A DNA stretch of 64,000 nucleotides, taken from contig NW_014577083.1 of NCBI RefSeq assembly GCF_000485595.1, forward strand, positions 455,236 through 519,235. The letters run 5' to 3'. A program made the position numbers and the translations under genes. The notes beneath the pieces were generated by a model. It was not told where the DNA came from. It did no database searches and saw only the letters and a list, made by a program, of their open reading frames with translations. Within the stretch, counting starts at the first letter, position 1; each line of letters starts with the position of its first letter. This document shows, in pieces, positions 25,336 through 38,185 of this stretch. Source of the DNA: Priapulus caudatus. Its lineage: Eukaryota.

Positions 25336-28300
25336 GCATGAATGGGAAATATAAGCATTAATCATATCACGGTGCAAAAGGATTTTTATCGTGCTGACGT
25401 AGGGATGAAAATTTACACCGAACTAATTAAACTTGATGGTAATATGTGGCCCGTGTATTTTAATGCTGCACAAATGATGTGTATAGCCTCGGTACATTAT
25501 CGCACATAGTATTAAAGCCAGTGAAGCTGAATTGAGAATTTCATTCAGCGCAATTGTCAGAGCAATGACGAACGGCTTGCGTTGTATGTGTTCAATATTC
25601 AAGAAGGGTTTACGAACGTGTATTCGGCGAATCTTTCATAAGAACTTCCATTAAGGCTTTCAAACCCGCCGTGTGCACTTATAACTTAGGCTGTAAGTGC
25701 AGCTACTGACCGTTATGTCTAGATTTCATGTGTAAAGACGGTATTGTGAGTAGTTGTGCGTATTACATCTATGCGCGCATGTGAGCATTGCTATGTATTT
25801 CTGTTTGGTTGTGTGTGAGTGTGACTATGTGTGTGGGCGCGTGCTTGCGTGCGCGCGTGTGTATATATGGAATAATATAATACGTCAGTACGCCATGGTT
25901 AATTGATGCCTATACTATAATTTTCATGTTACCAAGCATGCAGTATAGTCGTAACAGAATGCTATTTTTGCGTGCGCGTGTGTATCAGTGGTAGTAGCTC
26001 TACCGTACCACGCAAAATAATTAGCAATTTCCACTATAGCGGCCCTCTAGTGGTTTAAACCCAGCAAGCAAACGTGAGCGCGTGCTTGTGTACGGAAAAC
26101 ATGTATTGTGTGACAGGTGTCGCTAGCTACGACCCGTCTGTCAAAGAAATGCTGTGCTGTTGAGCAAGTCATTGTAATTCTCGCCATCATGCCCCGGAGC
26201 TATAGGTGTGGCTTCCGGAAACACCGTCTACTGCCCACCATTACTTTGACATGTGTTTCTCTTTCTGTCTACGCTGGCCTCTGCAATTTGGCCAAATTCT
26301 GGGCTTTGTGCCAGCATAATAGCCACGAAGTATTCGACAAAGCCCAGTGTGCAATTCCTTCACTCTGTGTCATCCCTACTAAACAGGCAATTTGCCACCG
26401 ACAAAGCACACGGACTGCCCCCGGCAGCTTAATTAAAGTTCGTTATCTATAACGAGCAGGTTTCCTCTACACACATACCTAATCTGAAGAACTTATCTCC
26501 TAGGAAGCTAGAATTTTCGCACATGCATGCTAGACCTGGTTGCCGGCACAGGCAGGCAGACGGACTGGCTGGCAAGCGATCGTATAAATCTACAGAGTTT
26601 CTGCCTATAAGATTAACCGCGTATAGAGCGAGTGTCCTATATAGATTTCGTAAAAAATATTTTTGATAGAAGGTTGATTCTGAAATTCGCAATATCAATC
26701 ACAAATTACGAATTTGTTAGTCGTTATAAGCGCCGGCATTTACGTGCTTACGGAATCAATGCGAAATAAATGGATTAAGTATATATTATTTTATTTAGGC
26801 CTATTTATACATTATTGAATTAATATATATGCATTCGGAGCAAGATTCTTTTGTTTCGGGCAGAGACATGTACGTAACTTTTATATTGCTGATGACCCAA
26901 CCTTGATTATTAAACGAGAAGCACGATTGATCTGGATTTACATTTGTAGCTAACACCCGCTAAAATTTAAGTAAACAAATACATATTCGCTTCCTTTATA
27001 TACTGAGTCAACGCGCGTGCGATGCTGCCACTGCCCCATTAATTTGTGTTAACTTGCGAGAAAGCCAGACGGGAAACTATAAGCACACATAGTGGAGTAT
27101 GGCTTCACCTACCAGTTAGAGATGCATATTGGCCAGAGAATCGGACGTGTAGCGATATTTCAAGCGGGAGAATGTATATCTACGCGCGTATTGTAGTGCT
27201 ACCAGCGATGTTTGCGTGCTTATAAATCTGAGTGAGTGTGTATTGAACCGACCGGTATTCATATTTACCGAAGTCAGTATTAGCTAGATTGTCTTGTCCC
27301 ATCTTTGTTAAATATTAACCGGAGGGAACGTTTCCGTGACTATTAATAATTTATTCTGTCTGCTGTCGGGGTTTACGGTGTGCGATTCCGTGCTACTACG
27401 CGAACCTGATTTGCTCAATCGTTTAATGTTTAATTAGATGTAATCCAACTAAACGCATTTTTGGCGATATAGACAGAGAGCATACGGGTTGAGATCTCTT
27501 TATGCGTCTTCAGCTTGCCATGATGTTTTGCGCTATCATTTCTATATGAGAGTAAATAAGTTAATGTAAACTCTAGCGAATTCTATTGTCGAGTTCCGAA
27601 ACCGATGTTGTCTCTGACCAGCTTGACCTTGGTAGTAGTATATGTGGGCTTGAGGAGCTACTGCCAGGCCGGTGATGTGTCTTACTGTGAACCCCGGCCA
27701 TCACTTTGCTTAACACGTATGTACCAAGCTAACATAATACTGTCAACATGCAGTCGGTTGAGTAGCTCAATAGGTTTCCCACTTTCACATCGGCCGCTCG
27801 TTCCCTCGCCATTGTCCGTGACGCTGGACTTATACACTTACAGAATTAAGTCTAGCATTTCCTTCTAGTTTGGGTCCACACTACACGGACAATCGGTCTA
27901 AGTAGGCATTACAAATTAGCAAACGATTGGTAGCCAGAGGCTACGGCTGTCCATTACAGTGGTCACTGCAGTCCATTGAAGATGCATTTCAGTGATTGTG
28001 TTTGCGTGAAAAACGTTCAACAGTGTATTTAAATGGTCAAATGTCCAGTATTTGCCGACGTGTCGTATTTCCACCTACTGGTGCCAATACTGCTGGGCAA
28101 TCCAGGCGATTGGTCTTTCTTTATTCACCTGGGCACTTTATAGACGATTGCTACGACATACGCTTCATCTATAGCTCGAGTTTGCATGCTTGTGTATGTA
28201 TGTATAGGCTCTTGTGTCGCCGTTCATAGAGCGAAATACCGCTTGGTTAGGCAGGTGCATGCACGTTCAGTGCGTGTATGCGAGCTATCATGCCGATGAT

Positions 28301-28568
28301 GTGGGCCGTAGAAATGTGATATCATGAATATTTATCGTTGTTATTGCCTGTCTGGTGCATCTGCATTCGGCCACTATATGGTCAGGTGCTTTAGTATATT
28401 ATAATTGAAATTTATGCTAGGCACATTAGCTCCCGCGGGCAAACTGCCCTGAAGTTGGTTGCATCAACAGTAGGAGCTATGGGTCTGTCAGCTAAACTCT
28501 GCGTAGTTGTCATTACATAACAACCTTCGCACGCTTCTACCCCGAACACTGCAGGTGTTTACAGTAAT

Positions 28569-28821
28569 CTAGGAGGCGAGCAACGTCGGCTGATGCGTAC
28601 TAGGCGAAGGTCTGCGGCTGCAGACATGCGCGCGTGCCCAGTTCAGGGATGATGCTATCGCGGCCCTGTGCATCGCCGATGGCAACACGGGTCTGCTGCC
28701 CTGCGCTGCTCGGGACGACACCGGTAAGACGGAACCCGCTTCTCCGCACGCGCTGAGAGATGCTGAGGAATCCGGGTACGGACTGGGGGGAGCACGGGGA
28801 GCTGGGCGCGCCGTCGCGCCG
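28569..28821 (-). CDS. Candidate terminal coding exon (GC-rich, product unknown)
   Basis: GC-rich island. Minus-strand acceptor ttctctgcatttcaatcag|cggc, then an open frame GATARPAPRAPPSPYPDSSASLSACGEAGSVLPVSSRAAQGSRPVLPSAMHRAAIASSLNWARAHVCSRRPSPSTHQPTLLAS*. An alternative frame stops at 28600. No upstream exon identified. Confidence 0.25.
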
Positions 28822-29394
28822 CTGATTGAAATGCAGAGAACGTCGCAGGCTTTAAGTGAAGTCGCTGATAAGCACGCGTTTTTTCGTGTCTCCTGTCAGT
28901 ACAATTAACGCGGACTCAGATGTTCGATTCTATCCGAATCCGACGGAGGTGCGCAGCAGCCGAATTCATTTTCCCGCCGACACAATGACGGCAGTGAAAA
29001 TTTTAATTAGTAGATTGAATATTATTATAAATACATTAAGTAGCGCGGACAGTAATGTATGACGACTGCTGGCTTGCTGCGATTTGCGATGATAAGAGTA
29101 GCAGTACACTTCCATATATGATTATCTCACCTTGACGGATAATTTCTATGCATCGTCTGATGTCATAATAAATGTAAATTGCGGAAGGAAATAACGAAGC
29201 AGTCAGAACTGATTTCGCTTCGGCAGAGAGACGAGTCGGTATCGGCGCCGATGTGTGAAACATGATTAAATCTGTTGGAGCGCCTGCGTTTTTAAATACG
29301 GTAAATTCTACATGCATTCCGACAACGCTGACGTGTTCCCCTGTCCCGACGCGTGATCGTCCGTGTTGCTTAGCAATATCATCGTTAGATAGCA

Positions 29395-29520
29395 ATATCA
29401 TGAGGAGTGTTTAATATAGTCTCCTAATATATATCTCTATATCTCTCTCTATATATATATCTCTCTCTATAGATATGTTTATATATGTATATATCCCTCT
29501 ATATTATACACTCCTGATAT
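29395..29520. repeat. Inverted repeat (about 24-bp arms) bracketing a TA/TC simple-sequence spacer
   Basis: atatcatgaggagtgtttaatatag versus ctatattatacactcctgatat (reverse complement atatcaggagtgtataatatag). Confidence 0.6.
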
Positions 29521-30537
29521 CATTAGTATACGAGAAATAGTATACGTCGGTCGGAGCGTAGGAACATAGAACGTATATAATGTAGACTATGCCGTATAAC
29601 GTATAGGTAACGTAGGAACATATAATTAGAAGCTGGTCGAGCCTTGGTGGATCAAATATTCGCACCTAGCATCAACTAGAATACATTAACACCTGTCCAG
29701 AACAAGAAATTCGCTTCCCTGTCTTTGAATTGCCATCTTATTCCAGTGAGGGAGGTTTGTATGTAGGACTTAAGGAGTTCTTATATCGTGCATGGCAAGG
29801 AGAGGGATAAAAAGTGGTCCGAACATGTTTTTATCTCATTTCAACGCCATGCTACAGATTTGCGCTCAGCTACGGTATCAATTTAGCGCTTTGAACGAAG
29901 GCGCTGGTGTCTGACTTCTGTCTCTTCTGGTCCCTCTGTTCCCTCTGTCCCCTTTGTCGGTAAAATATGTCGGTGTATACATGTACAGATGATTTTACCT
30001 ACGGTGCGAATATGATCATCGTTGGAGACACGCTAGTTATCATTTCGAAAATAAGGTTGTCGTAGTTCAAATGCTATGGGGGTAGAATGATGCATGTTAT
30101 ATACGCCATATGAAATACTATAGTAGTTGATGATAGAATATGACGCTGAGCATGCACCCGATAGCATTTCACATGTAAACGGCTTCAGCAACCCCATAAC
30201 CGTACTCATATTGTGTGAGAGTGTAAGTTATTTCAATTCTGAAAATAGAAATGAATGCTTATTGAGTCAAAGGGAGGGTGGGCCTATGCGATATTTTCTA
30301 GGGTGTGACTAAAAGGTCCTAGTGAGAAACGCTATTATCTAACTAACACCTTAAGGACTTTGTTGAAAGGAAATGCGAAATATTGTGAACGTTGATGTGC
30401 GAAGTGTACCTTTCGGGTGATCCTGAAATATTTAAGAAGAATGATGCTATTTATTGTATCCCCCAGACGAAGTCGGCGAGGGTAGTATGGGTTCATGTCT
30501 CCCCAGCCGCCGCCTCCGCCGCCGCCGCCACCGCCGC

Positions 30538-30967
30538 CACAGGCACTGGAAGCGTTTCAATAAAATATAATGCTAACTAAATACGAAATCTATTTACTAC
30601 CAAATTCTTAATGTTTCTATACTCTCTTTCACCTATTATTGCCGACAGTTTCCTGTCAAATCCTACGTGCAACAATATACGCTGCCGGCGCCATTGCTCT
30701 CGCGGCTCCACTGTTGCACGCTTACACTAATATATATATAGTAATATAGTAGTATATAGTAGTATAACTATATATATAAGTGTAAGTGTGCACAGTGCAG
30801 CCGCGGCAGCCATGGCAGCCGGCAGCGTATATTGTTGCACGTAGGATTTGACAGGAAACTGTCGACAATAATAGGTGAAAGAGAGTATATAAACATTAAG
30901 AATTTGGTAGTAATAGATTTCGTATTTAAGTTGATTTATTTTATTGTCAAGCGTTCCAGTGCCTGTG
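30538..30967. mobile_element. Foldback/MITE-like element with about 190-bp TIRs and CAC...GTG termini, nested in the HINE microsatellite
   Basis: Left arm 30538-30727 (cacaggcactggaa...cttacac) is the reverse complement of right arm 30780-30967 (gtgtaag...ttccagtgcctgtg); 52-bp TA-rich spacer; flanks gccgc and tccgc (4/5). Confidence 0.7.
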
Positions 30968-31011
30968 TCCGCCGCCCGCCGCTCGGTCCGCCGCAGAGAA
31001 TTTTGCTTCCG

Positions 31012-31635
31012 CCTCTATAACTCGACCCTTAATTAACCTAGCCTGACCAACTTGGTATACTTACACAATCTTGGGGAGAAGGTGAGCAGCGTACCAAAAC
31101 CAGGTCACTGCGACCTTTATTTGACTTTACTTTGACCTTGATTATTTCCTTTTCGCCTCTCTAACTCGGCCCTAATTGACCTAGCGCTACCAAAACCAGG
31201 TCACTACGACCTTTATTTGACCTTTACTTTGACCTTGATCATATTTCTCTCGCTCTATAACTCGGCCCTAATTGACCTAGCGCTACCAAACTTGGTATAC
31301 TTACACATCTTGGGGAGAAGGTGTGTCGCGTACCAAAACCAGGTCACTACGACCTTTATTTAACATTACCTTGACCTTGATCATATTTCTTTTTTCGCTC
31401 TATAACTCAGGCCCTTATTGACCTAGCGCGACCAAACTTTTGTATACTTACACATCTTGGGGAAAAGGTGTGTCGCGTACCGAAACCAGGTCACTGCAAC
31501 CTGGAGGAAGCAGGTCAATAATTTGACCTTGACCTTGACCTTGACCTTCATCATATTTCTTTTCCGCTCTATAACTCGGTCTCTAATTGATCTAGCGCGA
31601 CCAAGCTTCGTATACTTACACATCTTAGGGAGAAC
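31012..31635 (+). repeat. Tandem array of about 145-170-bp units inside the HINE (about 4.5 copies)
   Basis: Unit ctctataactcggccctaattgacctagcgc..ccaaacttggtatacttacacatcttggggagaaggtg..cgtaccaaaaccaggtcact..ttgaccttga starts near 31012, 31158 (internally deleted), 31254, 31398 and 31567 (partial). Confidence 0.9.
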
Positions 31636-31769
31636 ACGGGGGATACATGTAGTTGGCGACAACTGCCCTTTCTAGTTTATTTATTTATTTACCTGTTCGT
31701 GTTTGAGGCCACATTTGGACGTCGCGGTGGTGGTAGTTGTGTGTATAAGTGTATTGCGTGCGCGAGTGC

Positions 31770-32047
31770 TTATGTGCGTGTGTATGTATGTATGTATGTA
31801 TGTATGTATGTATGTATGTATGTATGTTGTATGTATGTATGTATGTATGTATGTATGTTGTATGTATGTATGTATGGTATGTATGTATGTATGTATGTAT
31901 GTATGTATGTATGTATGTATGTATGTATGTATGTATGTATGTATGTATTGTATGTATGTATGTATTATGTATGTATGTATGTATGTATGTATGGATGTAT
32001 GTATGTATGTATGATATGTATGTATGTATGATATGTATGTATGTATG

Positions 32048-32079
<32 letters not shown>

Positions 32080-32233
32080 TGTATGTATGTATGTATGTAT
32101 GTATGTATGTAGTAATGTATTAGATGTATGTGTATGTATGTTATGTATGTATTGTATGTATGTATCATATGTATGTATGTATGTATGTTTTTGTGTGTTT
32201 GTTGTTTGTTTGTTTGTTTGTTTGTTTGGTTGG

Positions 32234-32281
<48 letters not shown>

Positions 32282-33133
32282 ATGTATGTATGTATATATG
32301 TATTGTATGTATGTATGTTTGTATGTTTGTTTGTATGTATAGTTTGTATGTATGTATGTATGTATGTATGTATGTATGTATGTATGTTGTATGTATGTAT
32401 GTATGTATGTATGTATGTATGTATGTATGTATGTATGTATTGTATGTATGTATGTATGTATGTATGTATGTATGTATGTATGTATGTATGTATGTATGTA
32501 TGTATGTATGTATGTATGTATGTATGTATGTGTATTTATGTATGTATTTGTATGTATGTATGTTGTATGTATGTATGTATGTATGTATGTATGTATGTAT
32601 GTTGTATGTATGTATGTATGTATGTATTATGTATGTATGTATGTATGTATGTATGTATGTATGTATGTATGTATGTATGTATGTATGTATGTATGTAGGT
32701 AATGTATAATGTATGTATGTATGTATGTATGTATGTATGTATGTATGGTATGTATGTATGTATTATGTATGTATGTATGTATGTATGTATGTATGTATGT
32801 ATGTATGTATGTATGTTGTATGTATGTATGTATGTATGTATGTGAGTACTGTGTTTGTGGTGTGTATCTATGTATGTATGTATGTATGTATGTATGTATG
32901 TATGTATGTATGTATGTATGTATGTATGTTGTATGTATGTATGTATGTATGTATGTATGTATGTATGTATGTATTATGTATGTATGTATGTATGTATGTA
33001 TGTATGTATGTATGTATGTATTTATGTATGTATGTATGTTGATGTATGTATGTATGTATGTATAGTATGTATGTATGTATGTATGTATGTATGTATGTAT
33101 GTATGTATGTATGTATGTATGTATGTATGTATG

Positions 33134-33164
<31 letters not shown>

Positions 33165-33916
33165 TGTATGTATGTATGTAGTGTATGTATGTATGTATGT
33201 ATGTATGTATGTATTGTATGTATGTATGTATGTATGTATTGTATGTATGTATGTATGTATGTATGTATGTATGTATGTATGTATGTTATGTATGTATGTA
33301 TGTATGTATGTAATGTAATGTATGTATGTATGTATGTATGTATGTATGTATGTATGTATGTATGTATGTATGTATGTATGTATGTATGGTATGTATGTAT
33401 GTATGTATGTTATGTATGTATGTATTGTATGTATGTATGTATGTATGTATGTATGTATGTATGTATGTATGTATGTATGTATGTATGTATGTATGTATGT
33501 ATGTATTATGTATGTATGTATTATGTATGTATGTATGTATGTGTATGTATGTTGTATGTTGATGTATGTATGTATGTATGTATGTATGTATGTATGTATG
33601 TATGTATGTATGTATTGTTTATGTATGTATGTATGTATGTATGTATGTATGTATGTATGTATGTATGTTGTATGTATGTATGTATGTATGTATGTATGTA
33701 TGTATGTATGTATGTATGTATGTATGTATGTATGTATGTATGTATGTATGTATGGTATGTATGGTATGATGTATGTATGTATGTATGTATGTATGTATGT
33801 ATGTATGTATGTATGTATGTATGTATGTGGTGACTGTGTTTGTGTGTGTGTATGTATGTGTATGTAAGTGACAGTGTTTGTGCGTGTGTATGTATGTATG
33901 TGAGTGACTTGGGTGC

Positions 33917-33960
<44 letters not shown>

Positions 33961-34030
33961 AGAGTGTGTGCGTGCGCGTGCGCGTACGTGTGCGTGTGCG
34001 TGTGTGCGTGTGCGTGGTGCGTGTTTGTGT
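31770..34030. repeat. Very long (TATG)n microsatellite (about 2.1 kb) with (TTTG)n, (TG)n and (GA)n patches
   Basis: Directly visible; source of all MYVC pseudo-ORFs. Confidence 0.98.
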
Positions 34031-34627
34031 GAGGTTAACCGTAATACTCAGTGTCTTCCGTCTGCATGAGCAATTGTATAATATGTACGCTTAGAATTAG
34101 ATACAATAACTTTAAAAACTTCACTTAATGGGTATTTCGTAATTAAAGTGGCATGCAGTCTTGGCAAATTTCTATCTCAGATTTATTTCGGAAATATGGA
34201 TACAGCTGATATTTTTTATTTGTGCAACATATATATAAATGTGTGCTTTCTCACAATTTCATGATTTTGTTCGGTGTATCATGCTAGCGGGAAATATTGC
34301 AACTAATGCCTTATAGGCGTTTGAAGAACATTGTGACGCGTGATTTGCGTTCATATATTTATTGCAATTCACGTCACGGGCGCTCGCATGCAAATACCGA
34401 TTACGTACGACACGTGGACAAATGGCGCCATTACATTTACCAACATCATACCAAGTATTCACGTATGAGTTTTAGTCGCATTCACGCGACATGTGTTGGG
34501 CACGTACGTCATTGGAGCTAATCTCAAATCGGTGCCATTTATAGCGCTGGGGAGCGAATGACAGGTATATTGACCTTCTCTATGTGTAAGTTGATCTGGC
34601 TTCCCGTGGGTTTCCTGGATTACATGT

Positions 34628-34666
34628 ATACACACACGCATACACGCACGCACGCACACACGCACA

Positions 34667-34726
<60 letters not shown>

Positions 34727-34736
34727 CACACACATA
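34628..34736. repeat. (CA)n microsatellite
   Basis: Directly visible. Confidence 0.95.
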
Positions 34737-35553
34737 TGTACGAGTTAAACACACTCGTTTCCACTAGATGAACGGCCAGATGTGGAGCAAGATCCTAGAG
34801 CAACGCCGCTTTTGTTCACGCATATAAATCAGGAGTGAATAATAATAGATCCACGCCCAGATGAAAACTCGCTTGTAGATCTTAACTTACAATACGAATG
34901 ATCGTATACGTCTTTCGTCCTCCCACGACAGCAATTATAGTAGGCTCCTATAATGTAGGGTGCAATTCTACAATGATTACTCTGTCGACATGAGTACATA
35001 AATGGTGTGACAGCAAAACTATCTAAATCAGCAGGATAGAAGGCAGAATGAGCAGGGCGAAAACAGATAGCGTAATATATAAACAACCATATACGCACCA
35101 TCTGAGTCATGGCAGAAAAGGTCTCTTAATTTTCAAGACTTATTGAAACTTCCTCTGTGCTTGCAGCGGCAGTAGTAGTGCAACTCTTCGCGAACGTATA
35201 CATTTAATCAGGAGTGCCTGCAGGTATCAAAGCGTACATTTCCACCAAATGTACATAAATTTACAATAAATATATCCTACGATATCTTGCCCTCCTTAAA
35301 TATACGTTAATAGTCTCGTATCGGTAGATGTATCACATGTGAAAAACAGAGAACCTGTGCTATAATAATGTGTGTATTTTAACTGCGTAATTGTTGATTA
35401 AAATGAGTAGGCTATATGTATTTAATCGGGTGAATGTCTTATGGAAGCAGATGAAGCCCAAGAAGGCTTCCGTCCATCATGTGACATCACGACACATTGT
35501 TTCAGCGTACAGTGTGAGATCAGTCGTGAGTGAGGAACCACTTCATTATAGTA

Positions 35554-35588
<35 letters not shown>

Positions 35589-35634
35589 TGTATATATATA
35601 CTGTATATACATATATATAATCGTGACGCACGAT

Positions 35635-35694
35635 CACGTGTTTCGCCCGTGCGCACGTGGCACACGAGCGGCTAAAACACGTGACGCACACGTG
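35635..35694. promoter_or_regulatory. Cluster of four CACGTG E-boxes in 60 bp
   Basis: CACGTG at 35635, 35654, 35678 and 35689; function is inferred only. Confidence 0.3.
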
Positions 35695-37654
35695 GCCAAT
35701 GCGCGGGCATACGTGCGTCCGCCTCGACAATTCTGCATTAGAGAACGCCAGACTGGCATTGACTGTTAGATAATAAATTGTATATTATGTATCTCACTGC
35801 ACGGCAGATTCGCTCGCGCGGCAATGACAAGTACCACGTGTGAAATTCTGAGAAGAAATATAGTAATTTGACTAATAATTACGAATGCGTGAGCGATTGA
35901 ACTAATGTCTCATCACAGAAGATATAGTCGTGGACGTTCTCATAATATCTTTAATGAATTTCTTTGGCTCCTCGCAGTCAACAATTTTTCGTTGGTAGAA
36001 AAAAAATCGTGAATAAGCTTTTCCCTCCAATTACAAGACCTATTAGTCATTCGCCAGTCAAATGAATTCTATACTTAATAGGCAGCGCAATGCAAATGCC
36101 ACAATTTTACTCGAAATGTCTTATTCTCACATATCAGCCGATGACAGGTGTAGAATGCATCGCGTGCCCTCTCCACGTGCAAACCTGGTATTTTTCCACT
36201 GATTCTGTTTTCGGCTGACTGTTCATTAGCAAATAGTTCGCAGACGAGAAAGGACTGTCGGAGTTAGACGAAATGCATATGACAACCATTCACTGGAGAA
36301 ACGCCGGCGACGGGGAAAGGGGGAGGGGGAGACGCCTACAAAAGAGTATGCGGTCTCGTACTAATAAACGTAAGATATTTATCCAATTCAATTTAGGCGA
36401 ATAATACAGTTGCGCGGTGGGGAGAAATGGCTGCAACTTTGTATCCGTAGCGAGCCAGCGAGTATTACTCGATGCTGGTGACCATGCCATGTATGCCCTC
36501 GCATGACCTCTTGCTTCACTAATCTTCCACCTACTTTCCCCGCCACTCTGAGGTATTTGTCGAGTATCGGCGCCGCAAACAGACCTTTATATTCGCGTAA
36601 ATTATAAAACATCCCATATATGGTGGCAAAATAAGTTCCCTTTCATATGATAATGCCGTAATTATATGGCCAAGTATACATATTTAAGAATATATCCATT
36701 TGCGGTCAGAGCGTTGTCGGGAATTGGAGGGGAAAATTTTCAGTTATTACAGCCGGCGAGTAAATTTATTCATAGGCTTGTATCAGCTCTGGGCAAACGG
36801 CCTTTCACATGCTAATGCCACAAATATTTGGTCATGAAAAGCGGTCCGATATCTTAAACAAGCAGCATTGTGTTTGTGAAATTTTTAATTACGGGGCTTA
36901 TTTATCGTGAGAGTGTGCGCAATCAGAGTTTGTTAGATATCCTCGGCAAGGCCCTTCTCAGATGCAGACGACTTTTGTCGTGCGTTCTTCCCCGCCATTG
37001 TGCAGCATCAACCGGCAGAAAATGAAACAAACTCGCGATAAAAGTGCCCGTATTGTGTCACATATAGCTATCGCTGTGTTCACGCTGGCGTGGCTTCGGA
37101 ATTATGCAGCGACCAGACGGATATGATAAAGGTGTTATGTCGCATTCAAATGTAGATTCGCTCAAATTGAGTAGGCTGGGTAGAGGAGCTCAAGACTGAT
37201 TGACGCGTCGGCGAACTAAATATTTTTACGTGGTGAGCTCTTGCGTTTCCCGTCTACGTTCCTCTGCGACTCTGTTAATTTGCATAAAATATTGTTATAA
37301 TGATCCATAATTATTGCACCGTTATGCGTATTCAACAACTTTTACCTGTCGTTGGTTGCTCCTCGAGAGGTAAGCATATTTAGATGCTCGTTGTTCTCGG
37401 TCGAAACAAATTTTTCGTTTTCTCGTTTTTGGTTCAGCGGCTAAAACATGTTACGCCATAGTTGTCCAGTTTATCTCATCAACATTATTCCCAATCATAA
37501 GACCAACTATTCTAAATAATCACGAAGCTTTATTTACTGCGATATTTTAACACGCATGCTAAAATATTTACTCGGCTGAACTCTTAAACCTTCTTTTCTA
37601 TCGTATGTCATTTTAGTGAATATTGCTTTTTGCTCATAATGTGTCCCGCAATTT

Positions 37655-37752
37655 GTCGTCGTTGCTGTTGTTTGTTCGTTGTTGTTGTTACTGTTGTTTG
37701 TTGTTGTTGCTGTTGTTTGTTATGTTCGTTGTTGTTGTTTCCTTTTGTTGTT
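37655..37752. repeat. Degenerate (TTG)n repeat
   Basis: Directly visible. Confidence 0.85.
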
Positions 37753-38105
37753 TTCATTATATCGCAGCCTAAACGTTTCTAATAGGACAGATCTTATCTG
37801 CATTCATAGAACGCGTGCACAATACGCCGACGTTCATACACTGTCTCCGGTATACGACGTACGCGATCACCTTTCACGCGGCCAACCTTAAACAGGTGCG
37901 CTGAACCTGCGCAGCTACAGAAGACGTGAGCTGCTCTGCTTTTTGCAGCAAGCGAGCAATTTTCGCGTAGCAGCAGCAGCAAATTGTGCAGATTTAAACT
38001 TGCATGAAAACTGGACCTTTGTCCCTAATCGCCGATCGCTAATCTTGTGATTTAAGGTGCAGATGTTCATTGCCGAACCGCAACGTTCCGTTACGACAAT
38101 AACCC

Positions 38106-38185
38106 GCAGCAGCAGTAGCAGCAGCAGCAGCAGTGGCAGCAGTAGCAGCAGTAGCAGCAGTGGCAGCAGCAGCAGCAGCAGCAGC
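38106..38185. repeat. (CAG)n trinucleotide repeat with CAG/TAG/TGG interruptions
   Basis: Directly visible. Confidence 0.92.

Larger units (their letters stand above)
30451..31678 (+). mobile_element. Non-autonomous Helentron-associated element (HINE/DINE-1-like)
   Basis: 5' subTIR tgtatccccc (30455-30464) and its exact reverse complement gggggataca (31638-31647); (GCC)n microsatellite after the 5' end; internal tandem array; 3' hairpin gtagttg-gcga-caactgc (31649-31666), then ctag and ttt; T-rich flanks on both sides. Confidence 0.8.

Noticed and set aside
24325..25377. Long His/Thr- or Cys/Val-rich ORFs (up to 338 aa)
   Set aside because: Translations of (CA)n/(TG)n microsatellites across a gap; open in all six frames.
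31699..33867. MYVC-repeat ORFs
   Set aside because: Translations of (TATG)n.
36388..36612. 74-aa ORF MFYNLREYKGLFAAPILDKYL...
   Set aside because: Looks protein-like but has no recognisable family or splice support; length is within chance expectation.
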